The position numbers and the translations under genes were made by a program. DNA of 64,000 nucleotides from Chloroflexota bacterium (GTDB lineage Bacteria > Chloroflexota > UBA11872 > VXOZ01). The notes under the pieces are model-generated. The model did not search any database. It had not been told where the DNA came from and saw nothing but the letters and a program-made list of their open reading frames with translations. The stretch lies in assembly GCA_965221905.1 (NCBI GenBank), contig OZ244922.1, positions 384,001-448,000 of the forward strand, written 5' to 3'. The first letter of the stretch is position 1, and each line of letters starts with the position of its first letter. This document shows, piece after piece, positions 1 through 10,114 of this stretch.

Positions 1-30
1 GATTGAATATTGCGTACGTGAGGAAATGAA

Positions 31-546
31 GTGGATAAGGAATTGCAACCTGTCCGGCCGCTGGTCGGCATTATCATGGGATCGAAGTCGGACTGGGAGA
101 CAATGCGCCACGCGGTGGAGACCCTACAAGAACTGGGCGTGCCGTACGAGGTGCGCGTAGTTTCGGCTCACCGGACCCCCGATCAAATGTTCGCCTATGC
201 CGAAACGGCGGCGGAGCGCGGCATTGAGGTAATTATTGCCGGGGCCGGAGGCGCGGCCCATCTGCCCGGCATGACGGCAGCCAAGACGAGCCTGCCGGTG
301 CTCGGCGTGCCGGTGCAGTCGCGGGCGCTCAACGGCATGGACTCGCTCCTCTCCATCGTGCAGATGCCTGCGGGCATTCCAGTAGGCACGTTGGCAATCG
401 GGCGTGCCGGTGCGGTGAATGCGGCGCTGCTCGCCACGGCAATTCTTGGCAACAAGTACCCCCAATTTCGTTCGGCTTGCGAAAAATTCCGCCAGCAGCA
501 GACTGGCGACGTACTGGCCCATCCCGATCCGCGAGAGTCGGAATGA
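31..546 (+). CDS. purE: N5-carboxyaminoimidazole ribonucleotide mutase
   Basis: [40 protein letters not shown] motifs; GTG start preceded by GAGGA; coupled to purK. Confidence 0.97.
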   Translation: MDKELQPVRPLVGIIMGSKSDWETMRHAVETLQELGVPYEVRVVSAHRTPDQMFAYAETAAERGIEVIIAGAGGAAHLPGMTAAKTSLPVLGVPVQSRALNGMDSLLSIVQMPAGIPVGTLAIGRAGAVNAALLATAILGNKYPQFRSACEKFRQQQTGDVLAHPDPRESE

Positions 547-1631
547 CGGTCGGCATCCTCGGCGGCGGGCAGCTTGGCCGCATGTTGGCCCTGGCGGGAT
601 ATCCGCTGGGTCTGCGGTTCCGCGTACTCGACACGTACCACGATGCCCCGGCCGGAGAATTAGCAGAGCTTGTCGTTGGGGAGAGTTTTGACAATCGTGA
701 GGCGCTCGCGCGCTTTGCATCCGGCCTCACGTTAGTCACTTACGAGTTCGAGAACGTGCCGGTAGACGCGGCGCGCTATCTCGAATCCCAAGCGCCAGTC
801 TACCCGCCGCCCGCCGCCCTCGAGGCCTCACAGGACCGCCTGACCGAAAAGGCTTTCTTTCGGCAGCTCAATATTCCCACGCCAGACTATAAAGCGGTCG
901 ATTCCCAAGAAACGCTTGAAGCTGCATCGCGCACGCTTGGGACACCCGCCGTGCTCAAGACCCGGCGGCTGGGTTATGACGGCAAAGGCCAGCGCATCAT
1001 TCGAGAGGCGGCTGACGCCCAGGGCGCCTGGGACACCCTACAAGGGACACCCCTTATCCTGGAAGCGTTCGTGCCGTTCGACCGCGAAGTCTCGTTGCTC
1101 TCCGTCCGCGGACGAGACGGCAGCACAGCGTTCTATCCTTTAGTTGAGAATTACCATCATGAGGGCATCTTGCGCCGTTCCATCGCGCCCGCTCCCGCTA
1201 CCCCGCCGACACTGCAAGCGCGGGCAGAGGAGTACGGCAGGCGAGTGCTTGAGGCGCTGGACTACGTGGGCGTGCTGGCTATCGAGTTCTTCCAGCAGGG
1301 GAATACGTTGCTTGCCAACGAGATGGCCCCCCGGGTGCATAACTCCGGCCATTGGACTATTGAAGGCGCGGAGACCAGCCAATTCGAGAACCACCTGCGC
1401 GCCGTGCTCGGTCTCCCCCTTGGCGCCACCACGCCGCGCGGTCACTCGGTGATGCTCAATCTTATCGGCACAATTCCCGACCGCGCTGCTACGCTCGCTG
1501 TACCCAACGCCCACGTGCACCTCTACGCCAAGGAAACCCGCCCCGGCCGCAAACTCGGGCACATTACGCTGCGAGGCGACGACGAGGATGTTGTCCGGTT
1601 GCGGGCTGGCGATTTGCAGACACTGCTGTAG
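543..1631 (+). CDS. purK: N5-carboxyaminoimidazole ribonucleotide synthase (ATP-grasp)
   Basis: [45 protein letters not shown]; ATG at 543 overlaps the purE stop (ATGA). Confidence 0.97.
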   Translation: MTVGILGGGQLGRMLALAGYPLGLRFRVLDTYHDAPAGELAELVVGESFDNREALARFASGLTLVTYEFENVPVDAARYLESQAPVYPPPAALEASQDRLTEKAFFRQLNIPTPDYKAVDSQETLEAASRTLGTPAVLKTRRLGYDGKGQRIIREAADAQGAWDTLQGTPLILEAFVPFDREVSLLSVRGRDGSTAFYPLVENYHHEGILRRSIAPAPATPPTLQARAEEYGRRVLEALDYVGVLAIEFFQQGNTLLANEMAPRVHNSGHWTIEGAETSQFENHLRAVLGLPLGATTPRGHSVMLNLIGTIPDRAATLAVPNAHVHLYAKETRPGRKLGHITLRGDDEDVVRLRAGDLQTLL

Positions 1632-1656
1632 AGCGCGTCTGATAAGCTCCATCAAA

Positions 1657-1681
1657 CCGTTCGTGCTGAGCTTGTCGAAGC
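1657..1681. repeat. REP-like palindromic element, family A (CCGTTCGTGCTGAGCTTGTCGAAG)
   Basis: Related copies at ~20102-20126, ~20543-20598, ~22480-22514 and ~30636-30727, all intergenic. Confidence 0.7.
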
Positions 1682-1868
1682 AAAGACAGATTGATCCCGC
1701 TCTTTGTGCACCTGGCTCAAATTCAAGTCAAAAACACAATTGGTAAAGTTTGCCAGCTTGCGTCACTGCTGACGACCTACCGGGTAGTGTGAAGCCGCTG
1801 TTGGGCGAGCTGTTATATAGTGAGGAATAGAAGAACCTGCAAGCGAAGCGTTCCAGGAGTGCCCTTAT

Positions 1869-2312
1869 ATGGATGTCCAGGTGTACGGTGTTAATCACGT
1901 CGGTATCGAAGTTGACGATGTTGAAAGAGCGGTAGCCTTTTACGAGGACGTATTCAATCTCGAAATGTTGCGCGGAGGAGAAGGGGCGGCCTGGTGCCAG
2001 CTAGGCAATCACCAGTTTCTCGCGATCTTCAAAGTGGATGAACTGCAACCGGAGCGGTCTCGCCACATCGGCATCATGGTGCGTGATGAAGAGCAGCTAG
2101 CGAGCGTTCGCGATAAGCTGCGTACGAAGTACAAGCTCGACGTCATGTCCAATGACTACATTCGCTGCGACTTTAGCGATCCCTGGGGCAACCGCATCCA
2201 GGTGGTTGACCTGCATGACGAGTCCTTGGTGTGGCTGCTGCCCTACCAAGAGGTGCAGGAAGCGGGAATTGTCTTTCCGGCTCCGGACTCTAACGCCACC
2301 ACCGACGAATGA
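1869..2312 (+). CDS. VOC/glyoxalase family protein
   Basis: NHVGIEVDDVERAVAFY...HIGIMV...DPWGNRIQ pattern; AGGAG RBS. Confidence 0.88.
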   Translation: MDVQVYGVNHVGIEVDDVERAVAFYEDVFNLEMLRGGEGAAWCQLGNHQFLAIFKVDELQPERSRHIGIMVRDEEQLASVRDKLRTKYKLDVMSNDYIRCDFSDPWGNRIQVVDLHDESLVWLLPYQEVQEAGIVFPAPDSNATTDE

Positions 2313-2599
2313 GAAAGCGCGCTACTACGCACGCAATGTAGTTTCTTGTCGCAGAATGGCGCCGTGTACTGCTCAGTTCTCGCTGAATTCGGCAGTAAAC
2401 GCAGAGAAATCCGTCGCGCTGGGCCAAGCTCTCGGCAATAGCCCGCGCCAAGGGCAAAACGGCATAGCATTGGGATGAGTCTCTGCTACGGTCAAAAGTA
2501 AACGTGCCTATCGACCGTGCATGTGCTAAGAATCTACCTGATGAACACGAGCGGCTGAGCGCGCGTCAGCCTTTATCCGACACAAACGAGGAGCATTAT

Positions 2600-3721
2600 A
2601 TGACCCCGGCAGACGTACGCGATCTCTTCCCCATACTCACCGAGCGCGCGTATCTCTTCAGCGGCGGAATTGCGCCGGCATCCACACCAATGCGGACGGC
2701 GCTCGACCGCCATCTCGCCGCACTCACCCACAATACCGGCGATCTCTATCCGCGCTTCATGGACGAGACCCGCGCACTGCGCGAGCGCTTCGCGACATTG
2801 ATGGGTGCCGATGAGGATGAAATTGCCGTAAATGACAGCACGTCGACGGGGTCGAGTCTCGCCGTTAGCCTGATTGCGCCCAAGCCGGGCGGCAATGTCG
2901 TGTTCGATGGCTACCCGTATCCATCCAGCGTCTATCCCTGGATGGTGCCGCCGCGAGACATACTGGAACGCCGTTTCGTTCAGCCGCGCGATGGGCTAAT
3001 ACACCTGGAGGACATGGAGCGCGCTATCGACGACAATACCGTCGCGGTAAGTGTTTCGCATGTTACGCCCGCGCAGGGATTTCGCCACGATATCGCCGCG
3101 CTGGCACGGATTGCGCACGACCACGGCGCGTTACTCCTCGTGGACGGCGCGCAATCGGCGGGTGCATTGAACATTGATCTCCACGCCACCGGCGTAGACT
3201 TCTTCGCCACCACTGCCATGAAATGGTTGTTAGGCACCGCCGGTGTGGGCTTTTTCTATGCGGCCAAACGCCATCTGGACCGGCAGCCGCCGACGGCGGG
3301 TTGGGTGAGCACGACCCGGACCGACCTGGAGCAACTGCAACTGCTGCCCAGCGCGGAGCGCTTCCAGCTTGGCATGCCGAACCTGATGGGCGTCGCCGCA
3401 ACCCTTCCCGGCATCGCAGTCCTACTGAATACCGGCATGGCAGCCGTGGAGGCCCACGTGCTCGATCTGACAGAGTACTGTATTGAGGGGCTGCAAGAGC
3501 GAGGAATCACCGTGCGGACGCCGCGAGATTCCACCCGGCGCGCAGGCGTGATTGCCGCCGAAATCGACGAAGCAGGCGACCTGCAAGCCTACCTGACCGC
3601 GCATGGCGTGGACACCTACTTCCTCCGCAATCTCTTCCGCGTTGACCCGCACGTGTTCAACGACCGCACGGACATAGACCGCTTGCTCGCAGGCATCGAC
3701 GCCTTCCGCGCAGGCCACTAA
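2600..3721 (+). CDS. Class V PLP-dependent aminotransferase (cysteine desulfurase/selenocysteine lyase-like)
   Basis: LLVDGAQSAG and DFFATTAMKWLLG (PLP lysine); ATG at 2600 with GAGGAG RBS preferred over the 2504 start. Confidence 0.85.
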   Translation: MTPADVRDLFPILTERAYLFSGGIAPASTPMRTALDRHLAALTHNTGDLYPRFMDETRALRERFATLMGADEDEIAVNDSTSTGSSLAVSLIAPKPGGNVVFDGYPYPSSVYPWMVPPRDILERRFVQPRDGLIHLEDMERAIDDNTVAVSVSHVTPAQGFRHDIAALARIAHDHGALLLVDGAQSAGALNIDLHATGVDFFATTAMKWLLGTAGVGFFYAAKRHLDRQPPTAGWVSTTRTDLEQLQLLPSAERFQLGMPNLMGVAATLPGIAVLLNTGMAAVEAHVLDLTEYCIEGLQERGITVRTPRDSTRRAGVIAAEIDEAGDLQAYLTAHGVDTYFLRNLFRVDPHVFNDRTDIDRLLAGIDAFRAGH

Positions 3722-3880
3722 GGCACGGCCACACCCAGCCATGGAGTGGTTTGGGTTTGAAGCAGCGCGTTCTCGCTTTGAGCAGTCTCAATGGCCCACG
3801 ATGTACCAGCCTGGTGCAAAGTGCTGAGAATAGTAATGCCCATTCGTTGGGGACGTTCGTGAGGCCCTAAGGAGAGGAAC

Positions 3881-4903
3881 ATGCGGGTCGGTCTAGTTGG
3901 CGCTGGAAACATGATGCAGATTACGCACCTGCCGTCTCTCTTGCAGATAGCGGATGTAGAACTGGTTGCGCTTGCCGAGTTGGACCGCGCCCGGGCGGAA
4001 AAGCTGGCCGCAGCGTACCGGATACCGCGCATTTGCGGCAGTGCCGGGGATCTCGCTGACTACGCCGGCGAGTTAGACTGCGCAGTGGTCGTGACCCTCA
4101 AGGAGCACCATGCCGCTGCCATCATCCCGCTGCTGGAAGCCGGCGTGCCAGTCTTTACCGAGAAACCCCTGGCAGGCTCGCGCGAAGACGCGGAACAGAT
4201 CCGTGCGGCAAGCATGCGCACCGGCACCCCGGTAATGGTGGGGTATATGCGGCAATTCGATCCCGCCGTGCAGCTTGCCAAGAAACTGCTTGCGGAACAG
4301 CAAATCGGCGACGTGCGTTTCGCCCAATTTCGCGACTTTGGCGGAAACTCGCAGATGGGCGCGGCGACGCTCCATGCCCTGCCCATCGAACCGCAACCGG
4401 ACGTGACCGCCCCGGCCTCAACCGCGCGCCCTTCTCCAGAGGAGTCCCTCCAACGCACGCTGGTCGAGTGGATCGAATTGTGGGTGCATGACGTTAATTT
4501 GATGCGGCACTTGCTCGGCGATCCCACCGGAGTCCACTACGCCTCGCTGGGACCGCCGCGTTTGGCCGTGCTCGACTACACAACGCATGAAACCGTCCTG
4601 GAAGTCGGGAAGTTGGCGTATGCGAATGCTCCCTGGGACCAAGCAGCCACCATTTACGGCACCACCGGACGCATCGAGCTTGTCCACGCGCCGCCGCTGC
4701 TCTTCCGCCAGCCGTCCGCCGTCATCCTGCACACCCCGGCAGGTTCCACGCGCCTGGACGTGCCGGTCCGCGAGGCCTTTACTGAGGAAATCCGCTACTT
4801 CCTGCGCTGTGTTCAGCAGGGCGTCGCGCCAACACCCGACGCAGCGGAAGGCCTGGCAGACATTGCGCTCTGCGAGCGGATCGTCGCCGCGGCCCCCGCT
4901 TGA
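3881..4903 (+). CDS. Gfo/Idh/MocA family oxidoreductase
   Basis: VGLVGAG Rossmann fold, FTEKPLA, VGYMRQFDP; AAGGAG RBS. Confidence 0.9.
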   Translation: MRVGLVGAGNMMQITHLPSLLQIADVELVALAELDRARAEKLAAAYRIPRICGSAGDLADYAGELDCAVVVTLKEHHAAAIIPLLEAGVPVFTEKPLAGSREDAEQIRAASMRTGTPVMVGYMRQFDPAVQLAKKLLAEQQIGDVRFAQFRDFGGNSQMGAATLHALPIEPQPDVTAPASTARPSPEESLQRTLVEWIELWVHDVNLMRHLLGDPTGVHYASLGPPRLAVLDYTTHETVLEVGKLAYANAPWDQAATIYGTTGRIELVHAPPLLFRQPSAVILHTPAGSTRLDVPVREAFTEEIRYFLRCVQQGVAPTPDAAEGLADIALCERIVAAAPA

Positions 4904-4937
4904 ACGGCCTCAATCTCGTTTGAAGGAAAATTCCGCT

Positions 4938-5492
4938 CTACCCCGTCCGGCAGTGGGGATAGTCTTTCCGGGCCGGTGTCTCACTGACCGGGTAGGCGGG
5001 GCCGATCTCGACTTGCTCGAAGAAGCCGACATCCGCCATGGTCATATCGCACTTGTAGAAGCCGAGAGCCTGGAACGTAGCCTCATCTGGCACGCGCCGC
5101 CACTGCTGTAACTCGGCGTCGTAAGCGAAGATAGGATCGTCTTCCTTGGCGAAGTAGCGCACAAGCTCTTTCGATAACTGGATAGATCTTCGAGAGGCGT
5201 GTGGACGATCTCCACTTCCGGCCATCAGACCCGTATTCCTAAAAGGCTCGGGTACCGCCAAATCACCGAAACAATCGAATTCGATCCCATCCGGTTACTC
5301 AAGAGAAAGCTGGTTGCCGTGCAGGTGCAGGCTTCGCAATTTGGGAAGTGTTTCCAGCACGCTGGGAACAGTGCCGGTCAATTGGTTATTGGAGAGGTCC
5401 AAGTGCTCTAGTGAAGTGAGGTTGCCAAACGTCTCCGGAATACTGCCGCTGAGCTGGTTTTCTTGCAGAAGCAGTTCTCTCAGGGCACCTAG
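4938..5492 (-). pseudogene. Distal fragment of the LRR surface-protein gene: last ~3 LRRs, TAA at 5297-5295, then an in-frame small C-terminal domain to 4938
   Basis: GALRELLLQENQLSGSIPETFGNLTS...HGNQLSLE* continues the LRR frame once the IS is removed; 5294-4938 is open in the same frame. Confidence 0.75.
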
Positions 5493-6678
5493 GAAAGGTC
5501 TGAGCAAGTCGGGATATGCATCGGTTTATGGGTATGTGCGGGATTGTGGGGTGGTTTGAGGTGTGTCTTGGCATGTGGGAGGGGCTGTTTTGGCTTTGAT
5601 GCGGTCCCGTTGGAAGCGCAATACGCTCCTGGCCGTGTTTTGGGCGCACTGCTCCCGTGTCATGTTGCCAACTGGCGTGCGGCCGTCATCACATTGGTCA
5701 GCCCCAGCAGCAACGCCAGCCGTTGCCTGTTCTTGGACAGACCCCGGTAGCGCACCGTGGCGTAGCCGAAGTGCCGCTTCACCCACAGGAACGGATGCTC
5801 TACTTTGGCCCTAACCGATGCTTTGCGCTGCTCTGCCAGCGCCGCCGCGCTCTCAGGCGCCAGTTTCCGCCGCAGCCCCGGCTTGAGCGCCACCTGCCAC
5901 GCTACGGCGCGCCCCTGATGCTCCGGTCGCTTCTGCACCCCCACGTACCCGGCGTCTCCCCACACCTGCTGCTCTGCGCCGTGCAGCAACGCCGCCGCTT
6001 GCGTTACGTCGTGCACGTTGGCCGATGTGGTGGTGAAGCTATGCACGAGCCCCGTCTGTGCGTCGACGCCGATGTGCAGCTTCATCCCAAAGTAATACTG
6101 GTTCCCCTTCTTCACCTGCCGCATCGCCGGGTCTCGCTCCCCCTCTCGGTTCTTCGTCGATGTCGGCGCCGCGATGATGGTCGCGTCCACTACCGTCCCC
6201 GCTCGCAGCCGCAAGCCCCGACCTGCCAAATGCGCGTTGATCTCCGCCAACAACCCCTCTCCTAACCGGTGCTTCTCCAGCAAATGCCGAAAGTGCAGAA
6301 TAGTCGTCTCGTCCGGCAGCGCCTCTGACAGCCGCAGCCCCACGAACCGCCGCACCGGTTCTACCTCGTACAGCATGTCCTCCATCCCAGGATCGCTCAG
6401 GTTGTAGAACAACTGCACGCAGTGTATCCGCAGCATTACCGACAAGGGATACGGCCGCCGCCCCCGCCCTGGCTTGGGATAGTACGGCGCAATGCGCGCC
6501 TCCATCTCCGCCCACGGGAGCAGCGCGTCCATCCGCTCCAAGAACTTCCCCCGGCGCGTCTTGCGCTTCTTCTGCGCGTACTCCAAGTCGGCAAACGTCG
6601 GTTGCTCCATTACCCAGCTCCTCACCGTATCCTGCTTTCTTGCTATGATACTATGCCAGGGACTTGTTCAGAGTTTTC
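5493..6678 (-). mobile_element. Complete IS5-family insertion sequence (~1.19 kb)
   Basis: Imperfect terminal inverted repeats (G)GAAAGGTCTGAGCAAGTC / (G)GAAAACTCTGAACAAGTC; CTAG direct repeat at 5489-5492 and 6679-6682; single transposase inside. Confidence 0.93.
5660..6610 (-). CDS. IS5 family DDE transposase
   Basis: YNLSDPGMED, LPDETTILHFRHLLE, VDATII, YFGMKLHIGVD, GDAGY, RAKVEHPF; ATG at 6610 with GAGGAG RBS. Confidence 0.95.
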   Translation of the reverse strand: MEQPTFADLEYAQKKRKTRRGKFLERMDALLPWAEMEARIAPYYPKPGRGRRPYPLSVMLRIHCVQLFYNLSDPGMEDMLYEVEPVRRFVGLRLSEALPDETTILHFRHLLEKHRLGEGLLAEINAHLAGRGLRLRAGTVVDATIIAAPTSTKNREGERDPAMRQVKKGNQYYFGMKLHIGVDAQTGLVHSFTTTSANVHDVTQAAALLHGAEQQVWGDAGYVGVQKRPEHQGRAVAWQVALKPGLRRKLAPESAAALAEQRKASVRAKVEHPFLWVKRHFGYATVRYRGLSKNRQRLALLLGLTNVMTAARQLAT

Positions 6679-9600
6679 CTAGGTTGCCGAGCGTATCTGG
6701 GATGCTGCCGCTGAACTGGTTATTGTGCGCACGCAAGGCACGTAGGTTCGCAAGGCCGCCAAGCCACGGCGGTATGGTACCGCCAAGCAGGTTGCTATGC
6801 AGGTCCAACGTCCGGAGGTTGGCGAGGCTGCCCAGCGAGGCAGGTATCTCGCCGGTGAGTTGGTTGCTATGTAGGCTAAGTTGCTCCAGATTGATGAGGT
6901 TGCCAAGTTCAGGGGGAATGCTGCCGTTGACCCTGCTTCCATTTAGCCACAGTGCTCTGAGGTTCTTTAGATTGCCTAGTGTGGCTGGGATGCCTCCGGT
7001 TAGTCCACTGTATCCAAGATACAGACCTTCCAGGTCGGTGAGTTCTCCGAGTTCAGGAGGGATGGCGCCTTCAAGCCGGTTGACGTGCAGGTAAAGGTTT
7101 TTCAACTTCGTGAGCTTGGCGATTTCGCTGGGAATGGTGCCGGAGAGTTCATTGAAGGATAGCGCTAGGGTCTGCAGCTTGGTGAGATTGCTCAGCTCTA
7201 AAGGAATGGGGCCGCTGAGCCGATTCGATGAGAGGGAAAGTGCCTCTAGATTCGCCAGGTTGCCCAGCAAGGGAGGAATCGTGCCGGTGAGTTCGTTGGC
7301 ATACAGTTGCAAGTACTGCAGTTTGGTCAGCTTGGCTATTTCCATGGGTATGGTGCCGGTGAGTTGATTGAAGGACAGGTCCAGCGACTTCAATTTGTAT
7401 AGGTCGGCGATTGATGTGGGAATAGTGCCGCTCAGTTCGTTTTCGTTTAGACTGAGCGATTCCAAGTTTGCGAGTTGGCCCAATGCCGATGGGATGCCGC
7501 CACTGAGGTCGTTCCAACTAAGATCGAGAGTCTTGAGATCGGTCAGATGCGCTAGTTCCTTAGGGATACTGCCGGTAAGTCCGTTGCCGCCGAGATCGAG
7601 CGAATGCAGGCTGGTCAGCCGTCCCAATTCCGCGGGAATGCTGCCCTTGAGGCCGTTCTGGCTTAGGTCGAGCGTTTGCAGGTGAGCGAGGTTGCCGATG
7701 GCAGGGGGAATGGTGCCGTCAAGCCTACTCTCTTTGAGCGAAAGGGCTGTGACTCTAGCCGCGCCGTCCACCGTGCTGATGGTTACGCCTTCCCACGTTG
7801 ACATTGGGAAGTCCGCATTCCAACCCAGCAAGATCAGGCCGAACAGCGCATGTTTCAACCCCAGCAGTGCCTCGCAATCGGCAACCAGTCCCGAGTTATT
7901 CACCGCATCCTCTACCGCTTGCCCCGTCGCACACCCGTGGTCCCACTGTGCTTGGCCTTCATCAGAAAACCGGTTTCCATGCAGTTGGAGCCTCTTTAGT
8001 TTTGTGAGTCTGCCAAGCGATTCCGGAACTCTGCCGCTCAGTTGGTTGTTGGACAAGTACAGAGACTCCAGTTCGGTCAGATTACCGAGCGAGGCGGGAA
8101 TACTGCCGCTGAGGAGATTGTCGCTTAGATCAAGCTGGCGCAATCTGGTGAGGTCTCCGAATTCGTTGGGTATGCGGCCGGTCAGTTGATTCTTCTGCAT
8201 CCGCAGGTAATTCAGTCTGGTGAGGTTACCAAACGTCGTAGGAATAGTGCCGCTGAAGCCGTTGTGGCTTAGAAGCAGCCATGTCAATTTGGTGAGATTG
8301 CCCAACTCAGGGGGAATTGTGCCGGTAAGCTCATTGTTGCTCAGGAACAACAGCCCCAGTCCCCGCATTTGCCCCAGCTCCGGCGGGATCGAACCGCTAA
8401 GCTGATTGCCCGAAAGTCGCAATTTCCATAGATTCGTCAGTTTACTCAATTCCGGTGGTATGGTACCGGTGAGTTGATTTTCATCCAACTCCAGTGAGAC
8501 TAAGCCGGCGAGGTTACCGAGTTCTGGGGGAATCTCACCACTCAGACGGTTCCCCTTCAGAATCAACCACTGCAGGTTTGTGAGATCGCTCAAATCAACC
8601 GGAATGTTGCCGCTGACCTGATTGTAAGAGAGATCCAGTGCACTTACGTTGGCCAAGTTGCCGAATGTGCCGGGAATTGGGCCGCCAAGTTCGTTCCGAT
8701 CCAGTCTGATCTCCCTCAGTCTGGTAAGGTTGCCAAGCGAAGGGGGGATGGTCCCGCTAAGTTCGTTTTCGCCCAAGTGGAGGCTCTGCAGGTCGGAGAG
8801 GTTGCCAACTTCGCTGGGTATGGGGCCGATCAGTTTGTTGCTCTGCACACTAAGCTCGGTGAGCTGTGTCAGATTGCCTAGCGTGGCAGGAATACTGCCG
8901 CTTAGCAGGTTGTCACCCAGATCCAGCCTGCGCAGTGCGGTCAGTCTGCCCAGCTTCGCTGGGATCTTGCCTGCTAACTGGTTTTTCTGTAATTGCAGTA
9001 TCTGCAGGTACTTGAGGTCACCCAGCGAACTGGGAAATGGGCCGGTCAATTGGTTGTTGGAGAGATCCAGATTCTCTAATTCTCCGAGTCCGCCAAACGT
9101 TTCAGGGATGCTGCCGCTAAGCTGATTGTGTGAAAGATCGAGATACGCCAATGCTGTGAGACTGCCGATGGAACCCGGAATCTCGCCCAAGAGCTGGTTG
9201 TTGCGGAGTATCAGTCCTTCCAAGGCCAGGAGATCGCCAAACGTGTCCGGTATACTGCCGCTCAGTTGGTTGTCGTGCGCGTGCAACTCGCGGAGGTTGG
9301 GCAAGCCGCCGAGTGAAGCGGGAGTTGCCCCGCTAAGCAAATTGCGATGCAGGTCGAGCGATTCCAGCAGCGTGAGGCTGCCAAGCATCGCCGGAATCTC
9401 GCCGGAGAGTTGATTACCAAATAGCCAGAGGTGCTCAAGTCGAGAGAGGTTGCCGAGCGTGCCGGGGATGCTGCCGGTGAGTTGATTGCCATCCAGATGC
9501 AGTTTCCTGAGACCCGTGAGATTGCCTATTTCCGGCGGTATGATGCCATTGAGATTCTTCTCCCAAAGCGACAGAGCTACGACCCGCTCAATACCATCCA

Positions 9601-9904
9601 CAGTGGCTACGGCAACTCCCTCCCACTGCCAGATGGGCGTTTCCACGTCCCAGTCCAGCGGCGCCGAACCGCGTAATGTGTTCTTCAATCCCAGCAGTGT
9701 TTCGCAATCCGCGACCAGGGCGGCGTTAGTGGCGGGATCAGACACTGCCCCGCTCGTCGCACAGCCGTGGTCGCTCTGGGCCAGAGCAGTATTGGGATAA
9801 GCCAACACCAAGGCGAGCAGCATCAATCCTGCCCAGAGACAGCGCTGCGCGAGATTTGGTATTTGCTCGGCGGAGGTAGTCTCGGCTAACGGTTCGCTAT
9901 CCAA
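6668..9904 (-). CDS. Secreted plant-type leucine-rich-repeat protein, C-terminally truncated by IS5
   Basis: Signal-peptide-like N-terminus; two Cys-containing N-caps (HGCAT...LVADCE.LLGLK...WEGV); 24-aa LxxLxLxxNxLsGxIPxxLGxL repeats; the stop codon lies inside the IS end. Confidence 0.92.
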   Translation of the reverse strand: MDSEPLAETTSAEQIPNLAQRCLWAGLMLLALVLAYPNTALAQSDHGCATSGAVSDPATNAALVADCETLLGLKNTLRGSAPLDWDVETPIWQWEGVAVATVDGIERVVALSLWEKNLNGIIPPEIGNLTGLRKLHLDGNQLTGSIPGTLGNLSRLEHLWLFGNQLSGEIPAMLGSLTLLESLDLHRNLLSGATPASLGGLPNLRELHAHDNQLSGSIPDTFGDLLALEGLILRNNQLLGEIPGSIGSLTALAYLDLSHNQLSGSIPETFGGLGELENLDLSNNQLTGPFPSSLGDLKYLQILQLQKNQLAGKIPAKLGRLTALRRLDLGDNLLSGSIPATLGNLTQLTELSVQSNKLIGPIPSEVGNLSDLQSLHLGENELSGTIPPSLGNLTRLREIRLDRNELGGPIPGTFGNLANVSALDLSYNQVSGNIPVDLSDLTNLQWLILKGNRLSGEIPPELGNLAGLVSLELDENQLTGTIPPELSKLTNLWKLRLSGNQLSGSIPPELGQMRGLGLLFLSNNELTGTIPPELGNLTKLTWLLLSHNGFSGTIPTTFGNLTRLNYLRMQKNQLTGRIPNEFGDLTRLRQLDLSDNLLSGSIPASLGNLTELESLYLSNNQLSGRVPESLGRLTKLKRLQLHGNRFSDEGQAQWDHGCATGQAVEDAVNNSGLVADCEALLGLKHALFGLILLGWNADFPMSTWEGVTISTVDGAARVTALSLKESRLDGTIPPAIGNLAHLQTLDLSQNGLKGSIPAELGRLTSLHSLDLGGNGLTGSIPKELAHLTDLKTLDLSWNDLSGGIPSALGQLANLESLSLNENELSGTIPTSIADLYKLKSLDLSFNQLTGTIPMEIAKLTKLQYLQLYANELTGTIPPLLGNLANLEALSLSSNRLSGPIPLELSNLTKLQTLALSFNELSGTIPSEIAKLTKLKNLYLHVNRLEGAIPPELGELTDLEGLYLGYSGLTGGIPATLGNLKNLRALWLNGSRVNGSIPPELGNLINLEQLSLHSNQLTGEIPASLGSLANLRTLDLHSNLLGGTIPPWLGGLANLRALRAHNNQFSGSIPDTLGNLGKL

Positions 9905-10114
9905 ATTGCGCCCCTTCGCAGCTTAGAGAGGAGGGAGATTGAGTCGGGCTGCGCTCAGACTCAGCCCTGCTGTGGAACGTAGTTTCGATCACGCGGCAGC
10001 GAAGAGCATAGGCTTCTGCGCTTACAGTACATACGATTGCCTCATAATGATAGCCATTTAGGGCCTACTGCGAAGCCTCAACGCGACAATCGACTGGTTC
10101 AGCGGACAAGGAAG

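Noticed and set aside
5295-5297. Recoded stop (Sec/Pyl) in the LRR gene
   Set aside because: The codon is TAA, not TGA/TAG, and is not at a catalytic position; nonsense mutation or natural end is more likely
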